Source of the DNA: Octopus bimaculoides
Taxonomy: Eukaryota
NCBI RefSeq assembly: GCF_001194135.2
Contig: NC_068983.1
Span: 95,550,819 to 95,605,879 of the forward strand
Length of the DNA: 55,061 nt
Direction of reading: 5' to 3'
In this document: piece by piece, positions 37,014-50,014 of the stretch
Position numbering within the stretch: the stretch's first letter is position 1
Layout of the letters: each line of letters opens with the position of its first letter
Notes under the pieces: model-generated
What the model was told of the DNA's origin: nothing
Seen by the model: only the letters and a program-made list of their open reading frames with translations
Database searches by the model: none
Made by a program: the position numbers and the translations under genes

Positions 37014-37619
37014 CATATATATATATTTATCTACACCATGTATATAACTATCTATATGCGTGTTTATATGTATATATATATATATTTATATGTATATGGG
37101 TATGTATATATATATATGTATATATATGTGTATATATATGTATAGTGGGTGAGAGTGCATGTGTGTATTTTGAGACAAACCCTTCATCGAAACAACAGCA
37201 ACAACGACAACACTAACAGATGGCGTTTTTGTTCTGTTTTTGTTCCCTTTCTTTTATATTTTTTTTATATTTCATTTTGATCGTCCTCTCTTCTTTTTAC
37301 TTTAAACAAGACACAAAAGGTTTTATTATCATTATTATACATGCGTAATTTTTTTTTTTTTTAACAGGAAAAAAAAAACTGGGTTTTTGATTGCCTGCCC
37401 CCATTATTAAATAATTATATTAGTGTGTATTTCATGCAATCCAAGTCGCTGTAGGGATAAAGTGAAACCACCCTCCTCATTTGTAGTGAACCTAAACTGT
37501 AGAAATGTAATCGATGCAAAGTTGGTCAGCGAAATGCGTTAAAACAAGAGCTCTTGACTCTTCTGCCAACCACCGTATCGTAAATAGTAATTGTTTCTAA
37601 CATAGACATATGGCTTGGC

Positions 37620-37650
<31 letters not shown>

Positions 37651-38396
37651 GATGATGATGATGGTTTTTATGAGTTTGTCTCACAAAACTCATCACTAAT
37701 CTGTGCAACGTTCACATAGTGTAACTCTATATCACTTATGTTGATATATTGATGTACAAGGTCGAGAGCCATCTACACCCTTTCACCCATCTCTGCCTCT
37801 TCTTTCCTTCCTTCCTTCCTCCCCCACGCTCTCTCTCTCATTACTACTAATAACTTACACCATCCTTAGAAACCCATTCAAATGCATTAATGTTTAATTT
37901 TTTCTTCAATTAACAACCTGTTTTATTTATTGTTATCTTTTGTTGCACAACCACCAACATAGAAAATAATCTGAAGGGGGTCGTGGTGTGTAGTTGCTTA
38001 ACTAATACCCCGACCCACATTTTTGAAATAATCTCAAATTTAGTATTCACCTATGTGGACATCTGGTTAGCTTGAGACGGGTGGTACAAGATGAAAATTT
38101 CTGCATAATACGTCCCCCATTTTAAACTCAAGGGACGAAGGTTCGAACATTTTGCTTTTCTTTCTTCCTCTCTCTCTCTCTCTCTCTAGCTCTTTAGCTC
38201 TCTCTTTCTGTTTTTTTTAATTAAAAAATCTGTCTAATTAATTTAAATCAATTAAAGAAAAAAAATTATACAATGAAAGCAGTGTTTTGGTTGTGGATTT
38301 GTGAGTCTGTATGTTTGGGACAACCGGAACTTTCATTGCATGCGTTGTGCAATGCATTGTAACTTGTCTAGATTTTCTAACATCAAACGATGATGC

Positions 38397-38402
38397 AATA
38401 AA
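38397..38402 (+). terminator. Candidate distal polyadenylation signal of the NET mRNA (~2.3-kb 3' UTR)
   Basis: AATAAA at the end of a non-repetitive, U-rich block, followed by GT/T-rich sequence. Several more proximal AATAAA also exist (e.g. near 36290, 36440). Confidence 0.3.
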
Positions 38403-38569
38403 ATATATATTAAAACTCCAGTCGTATTAGTCTTGTGATTTCTATCTCGACCAGTTGTTGAAGTCGAACAGAAGTGGAGAGGTATTTAATGTTTCTGTTT
38501 CTTGGATTCAAAGTCAAAACTTTGGGTTAAATGTAATTAATCGCTTGAATAATAACATAAATCTTTGAC

Positions 38570-39360
38570 AAATCGGTAACACTAATATAATTGACTAATA
38601 AAATCTTCAATGTTAATATAATTGATTGACAAATCAGCAACACTAATACAGTATAATACAGTATAATATAGTATAATGTATTGACAAGTAAATTAACGTT
38701 AACATAATTGATCGACAAAACAAAATCAACACCAATATTATAATATTGACAAAAAAAATCAACACTATTATAATTGATCGAAAGTAAGTGAACACTAATA
38801 ATATAATTGATTGACAAGTTTTCAGCACTAATATAATTGATTGACAAATCAGCAGTACTAATATTCTAGACTGACAAATAACTCAACACTAATATAATTG
38901 ATTGACAAATCAGCAACACTAATATCCGTAACTGACAAATAAGTCAACACTAATATAATCGACTGACAAGTTATCAACACTAATATAATTGATTGACAAG
39001 TAAATCAGCACTAATATAATTGACAAGTCACCAATCGTAATATAATTATCTAACAAGTCATCGACGCTATAATTAACTGACTGACAAATCATGAAGATTA
39101 ATTGACTGTCAAGCAATCAACCTTAATATAATTAACCGGCAAGTCATCAACACTAAAATTATTATTCGCTAACCAACAGCACTGTTATGAATGACAAGCG
39201 AGTCATAAACATTAATATAATGTTGTTAACTCAAGTCGTTAACTCAAATATAATTGACTGACAAGTTGTCTACACATATAATTGACAGGCGAATCTTCAA
39301 CACTATTATAAATGATAGACAAGACACCAACACTAATTGATTGATAGATAAATCATCAAC
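38570..39360. repeat. Degenerate 30-31-bp minisatellite (AACACTAATATAATTGATTGACAAATCAGC), ~25 units
   Basis: Unit starts at 38885, 38915, 38946, 38976 and 39007 give a 30-31-bp period. Confidence 0.85.
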
Positions 39361-39412
39361 ACGCTTGAATCCAGCAAGATTTAAATTAAGAACGTAATGG
39401 AAGTAAATTCTG

Positions 39413-39622
39413 ATTTCAAATTTTGGCACAAGGCCAGCAATTTCGGAGGAGGGGACAAGTCGATTACATCTACCCCCAGTACTCAAAGTTACTTATTTTA
39501 TCGACCCCGAAAAGATGAAACGCAATTTCGGCCTCGGTGGAATTTGAACTTTGACCGTAAAGACGGACGAACTGCTGCTAAGCATTTTGCACGACTTCTA
39601 ACGTTTCTGCCAGCTCGCTACT
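39413..39622 (-). mobile_element. SINE family B, full length
   Basis: TTTCAAATTTTGGCACAAGGCCAGCAATTT...GAATTTGAAC...CTGCCAGCTCGC. Confidence 0.88.
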
Positions 39623-39641
39623 TTAGTGGAAGTACGAAAAA

Positions 39642-39879
39642 AAGTAAAGTTCCTTCCCGAGTCATACAGACACATAGGGCCAGTTTCCATGGTGTACATA
39701 TTCCCCACCTGGACGGGACGCCAATTTGTCGCAGGATCACTCATATTTGCCAGTTGAGAGGACTGGATCAACGTGAAATGAAGTGTTGCTCAAGAACACA
39801 ACGCGTCGCCCCTCCTAGGAATCGAAACAACACTCTTAATATCATGAGTCTAACATCCTGACCACTAAGCCATGCACCT
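39642..39879 (-). mobile_element. SINE family C (tRNA-derived head; V/Meta-domain-like central block)
   Basis: Minus strand: TGGCTTAGTGG (A box), GTTTCGATTCC (B box), CCTGCGACAAATTGGCGTCCCGTCCAGG. Homologous copies at ~31040 and ~48115. Domain naming is from recall. Confidence 0.75.
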
Positions 39880-40263
39880 TAGTAGAAGCAAATATTACAA
39901 AATATAGATCGAGTCTACTACTCTAATGATTCTACAAAAATTGCATTCTTCTGTTAATTGTATTGATGTGTGTTATGTATTAATACATGATTTTTGGGTC
40001 TCATATGATGCTATGTGGTCTAAGGTTTGCCAAACAACAGTGAAAGAATGTGAACACATTTGAAACCAGAACAATAAATAGCTACATAGGATATTTTTGA
40101 AGTTATTAACGCCAGTATTTACAGATGTTGCCATTTTGTCTGCTTTAAAACAATATTACTTTTCGATCAAGTGACAATATATTTCCCAATGAAATGATTG
40201 TCCAACCGTTTGTATCACACATCGAGATAAATTATTTAAACAGTATTACGATAATCCTTCTTA

Positions 40264-40430
40264 CTATAAGCACAAGACCTGAAATTTGATTGATACTTTA
40301 TTTTATCAATCCCGAAAGGATGAAAAGCAATGTCGATCTCGGCGGAATTTGAACTCAGAACCTAAATCCAGTAGAATGCTTCTAAACATTTTGTCCCACG
40401 TGGTAATGATTTTGCCAGCTCGCCGCCCTA
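40264..40430 (-). mobile_element. SINE family B
   Basis: CCCGAAAGGATGAAA...GGCGGAATTTGAACTCAGAA...GCCAGCTCGCCGCC. Confidence 0.85.
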
Positions 40431-41461
40431 AATCAGTGTTAATAGTAAAATATCTCTTGGGGACAAGTGACACTAAATTAAATTATATGACTAAGGTTAA
40501 GACGTATAGCTCGAGTTATCAACCTTACACATATACGTGGCTATGTCATATATTACAATGTATGATTTGAGGTGTGTCACATATTAAAATATATAGTATC
40601 GGATGTATCAAGTATTAACATGTATGTATGACTTGGAATGTGTCACTTATTCAAACATATGTCTAAAGATGTATCATACATGACTTGTAAATGTAAAACC
40701 TTACAATGTCAGTCGTTGGCTTTGTCACATGTGATAGTTGACATGCCGTATGTAACATATCAAAATATATATTTGGTGCTATCATATCGTAAGATATAAG
40801 AGTTGTACAAAGCTACGAATCAAATTTTATGTCTTACAAGGGATCATGCATTAAGGCATATGACTGTTTGCGCCTATCTCGGTTGATGTGTGTTATGTAT
40901 TAATACATGACTTTTGGGTCTCATATGATGCTATGTTGTCTAAGGTTTGCCAAAAAGCAGGATATATTGACTTGCCAGTGTCGCACTTAAATATATGGAT
41001 TGTTCTCTGTCACAATAAGATATCGTAAATGCTCTAAGTCACACATTAAAACAGAGACATAGACATATTCTTTTTCTTTGGCGTTACCTCTTTTCAATGG
41101 GGTACGCTTCAGAGAAAGATTGATAGATCAGTAGAGAGAGGAAGAAAGAATGTGTGAGCAAAACATTGAGGTATATGTACGTGTTGTGACATAATGTGGT
41201 AATGGTTGATAATCTTGACAAAGAGCAGTGTTCTCCAACTGGTGTCAAGTTTCATCTGTTCTTTGTATCTCATGGTAGGACAGGGATTTAGAGTTTACTG
41301 TCCCATAATAATCCATTGTATGTTGACGGAGACCGCCATAATGAAATCGATTCAGATATTCGACTGGAATTTTGTCATCCCAGAAGTCTGAATGGTAAAG
41401 CTGAAGCCATATGATTCTTTTCTTTACTTTCTGCAATTCCATTACAATCATTACAAACATA

Positions 41462-41669
41462 TTGGTTTCAAATTTTGGTTCAGAGCTAGCAATTTCGGGG
41501 GAGGAGATAAGTCAATTACATTGACCCCAATGTTCAACTGGTACTTATTTTATCGACCCTGAAAGGATGAAAGGCTTAGTCGACTCTGGCGGCATTTGAA
41601 CTCAGAATGTAAAGAACGACGAAATGCCGCTAAGCCTTTGCTAAAGATTCTGCCAGCTCGCCGCCTTAA
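41462..41669 (-). mobile_element. SINE family B, full length
   Basis: Same blocks as the other B copies; head GCCAGCTCGCCGCCTT. Confidence 0.9.
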
Positions 41670-44257
41670 ATCACTACTAACATATTGTGAATATAAATTG
41701 TATTATCTTGAGGTATCAACTGAATGGACAGTACTAGTGTGAAATTTATGCAAATGTGCATGGAAACATTGCAGAACTGGTGGAAGAGTACGAACTTGGT
41801 CGGTCGACTGTCATTTGGATGAATTATGCACTACTTTCTCAGTCAACAATATTGGTATGCAAATATATAGACATTTCTCATATTAAGCCTCAAATTTTGT
41901 CATACTAATATTTATTTTATCAAGCCACGAATTTGAACTTATAGTGTAGAAGTATGAAATTGTATATAGCCTGGAGACAATTAGTGTGGTGCTCTACGGC
42001 CTCTATTAACTAGCTAAAAAATGCTAAATAAATATTGAAGCTGGTGCTGATCACGCGATTCTCATATACTTTACTTAGTCAAAGAAATTTATGGAAATCG
42101 TTATAAAAGGAAATGTTAACAATGTAGAGAAAATATGGCTTTCTTCTTACCTGCCTTCTTCAACTTAAGATTTCCTAATATTATAGAGATTATGCCTCAG
42201 TCATTTTAATCATGTACTTTGGAGAAACATTTGGTTCACTACATCAACACTTAATTTCCTTGGGTAAAATGTCATTAAAGAATATCGGGCTACTTTTTGC
42301 TTATTACTATAAACATGCATACGTACTTACGAAAAAGTTATGTACTGTTATAGAAGTCAGTTGGCCTGTGGATTTGAATATTTCCTTCAATATTTGAGTA
42401 AAAGTCAATATTTACAGATACTTTGAAACCTTCACCTCCAGATTACCCATAATCCTTTCTGCACTGGGTTATGTTAATGATTGTCTAAGTAGTACAAGTA
42501 TTAATCCCCTCTTCAAAACCTCAGGGCTTTAGGCAATGTATTTGACCAGCTGACATAGATTTCACAAATTCAATCTGTAAGCAGAATACTGGAAATACTT
42601 AAGAATTTTACAATATTTGATATGCAACTGATTTTGGTATCTAAATTCCAGCAGTGAAGCTTTATTTCTTTGTTTTCTTTGTTAGAAACCAGCCCCCTTT
42701 ATTGGAGGAATTCAAAGAATTTATAAAGACAACACATGCACACTCATACAAATATATATATATATATATATATATATGCATACGTGTACACAAATGGCTT
42801 GTCCAAACTGTCACTCACCTTAGATTAGAGAATTTTTTTCAAAATAACATTTGTAAGTTTATTGTAGGCCAAAATGACAACCAATATTCCCTTTCAATGT
42901 GAATACCTCATCTAATCAGTCTACCGTATCTGATCAGGATAGTTCTGATCTCAGGCTAACTATATATAACTAAGAAACTTTTGCAAAATTGAAGCGTCTG
43001 TTTAAGCATTTTTTCTTTATTTCTGCTCCAGGGTCTTTTCTATTAAATTTTTGAAAAAAAAATTTATTCATTTCCCCTACGCTTATTCAACTTCATATCT
43101 TTCTCTCTATAAACGTCCATCTTCTTTCTGTTTGTTATGATTCACGGACAACTACGTCTTACGTTTTTATACTTTAAACTCTAAGAAATACAAGATTCTT
43201 TTTTAGTTAAAAATATCAGTTTTTCATTAGTTCACAACTTACCAGAGATAATTACTGATTCTGTAATTATCTTCGATTTTTAAAATCAATCTTGTAATCT
43301 CACAGTAACGAAACTTGTTGAATATTAAATTATCAGTTAAAAAAGAAAACAATTTACATGAAATTTATTGTTGTTCTTTTCTTTAAAATATCATACTTTT
43401 ACTGAAGTAGTGTTTTGGTAGCAACAGATTAACTGCCAAACAGATTTTAATCTCGTCTGTTTACGTTTTGAGTTGAAGTCTCGTCAAGATAGACCCTTGT
43501 CTTCATCTTTGATAAGGTAGTAGACCATCGTAGTCGACAACAGTAATATGAGGTTATCAAGTCGTTCGATTATTGCTTTGTGGTAAAAAAAAAAGGAAGA
43601 TGAAATTTTAATTTATTTTTTCATGTCAAATTTCTAGGAATAGGTTACAAGTCATTTATTCGATTCTAGACAGAAAATGGACTCGCGGGCGACAAAGACA
43701 GAACGATTACATCAAAGCCTCTGGCGAATGCATAACTGTTACACGAAACCGCAGTGTTTGTGGCAAGGTAGGAGTGACTATACATGCAGTCCCCACCTTC
43801 AGCCATGAAGATGAACATACAAGTTTTTTTCAGTTTTAAAGTTGTTTCTTTATAAAGTCGGCTGCTTTCAAAGTACTCTTGCAATAAAAGGAATGAAAAC
43901 TGTTTTAACTCCCTAAAAGAAGTAAGTGCTATGAAGAAAAAAGGAGTTGATGAAAAATTAAAAGATGTTATTGTCAGAAAACGGAGTCCAAGTGAATCTA
44001 ATGACTGCATTAACAGTATCTCTATCGTCTAAGAAAGGAAATTTAACTGATTTAATATTTGATAAAATTGAAAAAGTGAGATGATGGCTCTGTAGATACA
44101 GTTGTGAGATTATGCAATTGTCACTTCCATTATTTCATTGTGATTCTCGTACTGAACACATTATTCTGCACTATTACTGTTCAGGCGGTCTGGAAAAGAA
44201 TAAATACGTAGATACTGTGTTCATAGATCTGGAATAAGTGAACTATTATTAATAATC

Positions 44258-44705
44258 CTTTCTACTTTGGTCATATGCCCCGAAATTTGTGGAGAGAGGT
44301 CTAGTTGATTACATCGAACCCTGTGTTCGACTGGTGCTTATTTTGTCGACCCCGAAAGGTTGAAAAGCAAAGTCGACTTAGATGAAATTTGAACTGAGAA
44401 CGTGAAGCCGTAAATAAATGCCGTTAAGCATTTCCGGCGTGCTAACGATTCTGCTAGCTCGCTGTTTTTTTTTTTAATGTTATTAAAAAAATAATCGTTT
44501 CTAATATGGGTATAAGACCATACATTTGGGTATGGGTTGATCGATTAAATTGGCTCCAGTACCGAACTGGTACTGTATTTTATCAACCCTGGAAGGATGA
44601 AAAATAGAGTTTACCTCGGTAGGATTTGTACAAATCAGACGTAAAGTAATGTCACTTAATACCACAAGGTATTTTGTCCACGCCTTAAACGATTTGGCTA
44701 CTTCA
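44258..44705 (-). mobile_element. Two adjacent SINE family B copies (44258-44464 and ~44499-44705)
   Basis: Two colinear copies with GACCCCGAAAGG and AACCCTGGAAGGATGAAA blocks. Confidence 0.8.
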
Positions 44706-45525
44706 TCATTCTTACTGGCATGTATTGATATCATAACATATTGATAACACACTGGGATAATGCCTATATCAATGCGTTGATGATAGCACACAAGGATTAT
44801 GGTACCTATATATCAACGTTGATAGCACATTGGGATTAGGCTAGTATCTTTGCGCTCATCGCAAATAGATGAGAACTGGAATTATTACACGAGATATCCA
44901 TTAATTTGTAAACATATTGCTTCACTTGGAATACGATATCAAGAATGATTTGACATTAACGACCACTTTGTTTATTTTACTGCCGTATCACAATTCAGAC
45001 AGTTTTCTGTTTCCCGTCGCCAGTGATTCTTTCATAATGTACTCACTTCGGCACATTTTAGTTGCAGTCAGCACACAAGAAGATGATTATCATTATCATT
45101 ATCATGGTTTTGTTTGTTTGTTTGTTTTTTTACTTTTATTTATGTTTTTAGCTTTAGCAATTAATAATTTCTCATTGAAAGACGTTTTATGTTCTGGTTC
45201 AATGAATTGAAAATTATAGCCGATGTAGTACAACCAATCTATTTGTGTTATCAGGCGATTTTTTCCCCTTTTTAATTAGTTGAAAAATTATTCGAATAGC
45301 CAAAAACGCATTTTGATATGTTGCGATATGTTTTTTTTAATATTCCAGTTCATATGTCCGCAGTTATGAAAACAACTTTCTTTTTTACGCATCACGAACT
45401 ACAACTTCGCTCGTTGTAACGGGTGGTATCTCTCACTTTCCAATGTCATATTTATATTCTGGAAGGCTCTCTCTCTCTCTTCTTTCTCCCCCTCTCTCTC
45501 TCACACACACACAAAGAAGATTTAA

Positions 45526-45743
45526 CCCTTTTAAGACACACGGTGTTTTGGTATGTGTAGCTAAAAAAGACCAAACGTTTTTTCTATTGAGATTTATCTA
45601 CTGAAAGACGATCTCTGATTAGCTATTACGCTTCAAAGCCAACCATTCACAACATTTGTTCCATCGGGTCGATGGATCAGCCTCAAAGTCTTTTCAATTT
45701 GTGTCACTTGGGCCTATGAATCGGCCTGGGTGTTCCAAAAAGG
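45526..45743. mobile_element. piggyBac-type MITE
   Basis: TTAA on both sides (45522-45525, 45744-45747). Termini read CCCTTTTAAGACAC and, reverse-complemented, CCTTTTTGGAACAC. Confidence 0.55.
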
Positions 45744-45861
45744 TTAAATAGTAATTAGACTAAGTTAAACTAAATTTATTTGCAAAAATTATGGCATATG
45801 CAAATCCTAACACCCAGTCGTCGAGAAAAAAAAACAAACTATGCTAGTAATAACAATAATG

Positions 45862-46269
45862 GCTTCATATTTTGGCATAAGGCCAGCAATTTTAGCGGTA
45901 GGGGTAAGTCGCTTACATCGACTCCAGTGTTCAGTTGTTACTTCTTGTAACTATTCACAAAGGATTAAAGGGAAGGTCGACTTTGTCGGAGTTTGAACTC
46001 AAGAACGTAATTAGTCGGACGAAATACCAAACAGCATTTTTCTGACGATTTAATGACTCTGCCAGCTCGCTGCCTTCCTAATAGTAATAGTAGGCACAAG
46101 GCCTGAAATTTGGGAGAGGGGGATAGACGATTACATCGATCCCAGTACTCAACTGGTACTTAATTTATCGACCCCGAAAGGATGAACGGCAAAGTCGACA
46201 CCGGTGACATTTGAACGCAGAACCTAAAGACTGACGAAATACCGCTAAGCATTTTGATCGCATCCCTGA

Positions 46270-46319
<50 letters not shown>

Positions 46320-46482
46320 ATAATAATAATAATAATAATCATCTTTTCTATTATAGGCACAAGGCCTGAAGTTTTTGGGGAGGGTACTAGTCGGTTACAT
46401 CAACCCCGGAATTTCACTGGTACTTAATTTAGCGACTCCGAAAGAATGAAAGGCAATGTCGACCTTGGTGGAATTTGAATTT

Positions 46483-46513
<31 letters not shown>

Positions 46514-46700
46514 TTCAAATTTTGGTACAAGGCCAGCAGATTTGGGGCAGGGGTTAAGTCGATTACATCGATCCCTGTACTCAGCTAGTACTTATTTTAT
46601 CGGCCCTAAAAGGATGAAAAACAAAGTCGACCTCAGTGTGTTTCGAACTTAGAACGTAAAGAGCCGGAGAAAATATCACAAAGCATTTTGTTCTGCGATA
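45862..46700 (-). mobile_element. Four stacked SINE family B copies (~45862-46078, 46093-46262, 46345-46483, 46515-46700) separated by (TAA)n/(TAC)n
   Basis: GGCA(C/T)AAGGCC (GGTACAAGGCC in the fourth), the GATTACATCGA block and the GAAAGGATGAAA block recur, with variants, four times in the same orientation. Confidence 0.88.
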
Positions 46701-46920
46701 AGCTACATACAAAGCCATACATTTCTTGAATAGGTAAAGTTATTTTAATCTCATTCGTTGTTTTCTTGGCTTTTTCAAATAGTGTGGGATCTATGAAATA
46801 AGTTAGCGGAGTGCCTCTTTGCGAATTCCTCTCTGAGGTAAGTATTTCGGCCAGATCTCTCACTTGTCCTGGAAACCATGGAAAAGTTCATGGACTCTGT
46901 TCTTTCTCTTCTGATTAAAC

Positions 46921-47322
46921 CAGTGGTTCTCAACTGAGGTCCATATAAGAATTTGTTAAATTTTATGTGCAAAAAATAGTTTATACTTCTACAATACACA
47001 AACTATTTAAATCTCTTTATACAATTCCTAATAATATTTAAGAAGCAAATTCTCTATAAGAGATTAAAATAGTGACTATACTGAGAAGTAATGTTTGTCG
47101 CCACTTCAACATGGCTGTTCCGCACGAACTGACGTTATTACCATTTTTCATCACAGGATGGCGCCTGGCGTATGGAACAACCATATTGAAGTGGCGATAA
47201 GCATTACTTCTTAATCATAAAAATACAGTAGAATTATTTTATATACACATCGAATGGTTATAGAGGTCCAGTAGGGTAAAATCAAAAGAGGGCCCATAGG
47301 CAAAATATAGCTGCCAACCACT
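46921..47322. mobile_element. hAT-type MITE (CAGTGGTTCTCAAC terminus) carrying a nested hairpin element
   Basis: Left end CAGTGGTTCTCAACT. The right part ACATCGAATGG...ATCAAAAGAGGGCCCATAG...AACCACT is homologous to 50214-50292. Confidence 0.55.
47084..47211. mobile_element. 128-bp fold-back element with 43-bp arms
   Basis: 47084-47126 matches the reverse complement of 47169-47211 at 37/43 positions; all differences are transitions. Confidence 0.7.
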
Positions 47323-47332
47323 AGATTAAACC

Positions 47333-47420
<88 letters not shown>

Positions 47421-48114
47421 AAGAGAGAGTATGAAAGTAAGGAGAGAGAGGTGGAGAAATAGTTGCGTGGATATTAGAGAATGGAATTGCGGCTGCAGCG
47501 TGATATTGACTGAATATTCGAAAAACGTGTAAAATTCTGATGGTATTATGTAGATGTAGTCTAGAATGGGTTTGTAACATGGGTTTCTCAACAAAAACGT
47601 ACAAAATATGTGGTATTGGTTGTAATTTTGTTTTGTTTTGTGATGCGTGATTGTTGTAGTACCAAAACAAGAAAGATGGAATATGGTTCCTTTTTTAATG
47701 AACTAAAAATTGTTATACGACGGCTCCACAAAAATGTTTCTAAAAGTTGTCCTTATCTCCACAGCTTTATAAATGAGAAAACAAAGTAGAGTTTGTATCC
47801 ATATAATTCTTTCTCCGCCATAGTGCTCGGTAAGTTTATAAATATTAAAGCCATGATAATTTCATTAAACATGTTATTTTGTCAGGCCTCTTTCCAATTC
47901 TCTCAGCCTCTCATTATGAGAAACACAGGCTATATTGCTCTTAATTAGTATGAAATAAAAATAAATAATCAGGTTATATTTAATATAGCTTTGGGATATA
48001 GTCTGGAGAATGGCCTAGGAGAAAACTGAAATTTTAATCTATTGTTTCACTTTAAACATTTATTGTGTCCTAATATCTTGTCGTTGAGATAATAGTAAGG
48101 ACTGGTTCGAGTGT

Positions 48115-48310
48115 ATAGGACTCACAGCGCTAGTTACCCGGTTTCTATGGCGTATGAATGATCGAGATAACAACATTCATCCTGAAGAGGATGCTACTCC
48201 ATGGCAGAGTTACTTATTTGCAGCTGAGTGGATTGAAGCAACGAGAATCGCAACCATGATCTTGCGAGGGTGAGTGTAACACTCTAACCATCAGGCCACG
48301 CAACCTTCAC
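48115..48310 (-). mobile_element. SINE family C, degenerate
   Basis: GCAGCTGAGTGGATTGAAGCAACG...CTAACCATCAGGCCACGC. Confidence 0.55.
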
Positions 48311-48864
48311 CGTTTAAATAATGGAAGGGCTGAAAGGAGACCCTTGTTGGACTGTATTAACTGCCTCAGTTGGTTATAATGTAGTCCTGCTACCAATCAC
48401 AATTCTACAATGAGTACTCTCCCATTGTATCTTCCCACGAACTGAGGTCTTTTGGAATTCCTCCTCAAACAAGTTTCTCCACTAATGCAGACACCAAACA
48501 ACAGCTGCTCAAACTGGACAGTAACAGCATCAATCTTATCAGTTTAAGTGGGGCGGGGTCCATTTTGTTGCTGTTTAGCACCAGTCAACCTTAACCAAGC
48601 AGGCTTATGACCAAAGTTTTTCCATCCGTGAACATCTCGTGTATCTAAGACACATTTTCGTATGTGTTCTTTCATTAAGATAATGACGTAAGGTTTGAGG
48701 AGCATTTTTTTTACCATTTCTACATCGGACTATGAAAAGTGAACCCTCGTCGGATCTTCATAATAAACGGCAGTGCGCTTTATTATCTTACTTAGGAATA
48801 TACACTAACAACGTCATGTGAGCCAGACATGACTTTTGACGCCTTACACAACAAACAGCGCCAA

Positions 48865-48867
<3 letters not shown>

Positions 48868-48904
<37 letters not shown>

Positions 48905-49010
48905 GCCGCCGCCTCCACCACCACCATCACCACCATCACCACCATCACCACGACCATCACCACCACCACCACCACCACCACCACCACCACCACCACCACC
49001 ACCACCACCA
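48868..49010. repeat. (TAC)n-(CAC)n trinucleotide tract
   Basis: Directly visible. Confidence 0.95.
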
Positions 49011-50014
49011 GTAATAGTAGTCTCTAGAATCGTATGTATTTTCAGTCGCTCTGATATCCCAAACTGACCTTTAAATATTGTTGACATAGGCTCTAAAGGC
49101 GTCTCTTTATTGTAGATGTTTCAAACAACTCCTCTTTCATTCCTTTCAAACTGTATTTCCTCTCATTTTGCTCATTCATCTCTTTCACCCAGTCTTTTGA
49201 TCCCTTTTCCACAATTTTTCCACTTTTCATTTTCATTTTGCTTCGCTCCCTCCAAACCCTGTTCTTTTCCTCTACTTTACTTTCAAAACTTCTTCAATTA
49301 TTCCATTATTCTTTATTCCCTTTAATTAATCCTCCTCCCGCTCCGAACTTCAAGTGTCACCTCTTTCCTATGCTCTAGACTCCACAACCGACAATTCTTC
49401 TATTATTGCTAAGTGACAACAGCGACCTCAGAGCATATATTGGAACAGAAGTTACCCAAACTCATCTACGAAGACACTGTTCAAATTGTTTCCCAAACAC
49501 AATACTATTACCTTCAGCAAAATATTTCAAAGTTCTTATGTCACATTCTAGCCAACTATAGCAGCTGTTGTATTTCCCTGTGGCTGGAGTGTAGAAGAGG
49601 GGTGTGAAAGCTGAAGATAGAATTGATTGGAGTATGCAAGTGATTGGAGTGTAACAGTGAAAATAAAGCATAGATTGCAGTGTGGAATTGAAGTTTAGAA
49701 CTGGACTGTAGAACAAGAGTGTAGAACTGAAGCGCAGGTTCGAGTATGGAGGTGGAGTGTGGGATTTACAAATAATTAGTGTAAACAATGGCCGGAAGGT
49801 GGAGCTGAAGTGTAGCTTGGAATTTAATGCTGTCTAGTAATTAACGTGCGGGATTAACAGGAATGTTAGGCAGATGGGATGGGGGAAGTGATTACAGTGC
49901 GAAAGATATAAATGTAAACTACAATCTACACACATGTTACGCATGCAGACCGGAGTTCTGGGGGTCCACACATGCAAAATAGTACCAGGATCCAAAATAG
50001 AACCAGAGTCGATA

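Noticed and set aside
38570-39360. CRISPR-like appearance of the ~31-bp repeat array
   Set aside because: Units are contiguous with no unique spacers, there are no cas genes, and the context is eukaryotic.
41775-41830. ELVEEYELGRSTV, resembling a pogo HTH-psq segment
   Set aside because: Only 13 residues with no supporting flanks; could be chance.
49570-49830. Loosely repeated GGAGTGTAGAA-like words
   Set aside because: No consistent period or unit can be defined by eye; low-complexity purine/GT drift.
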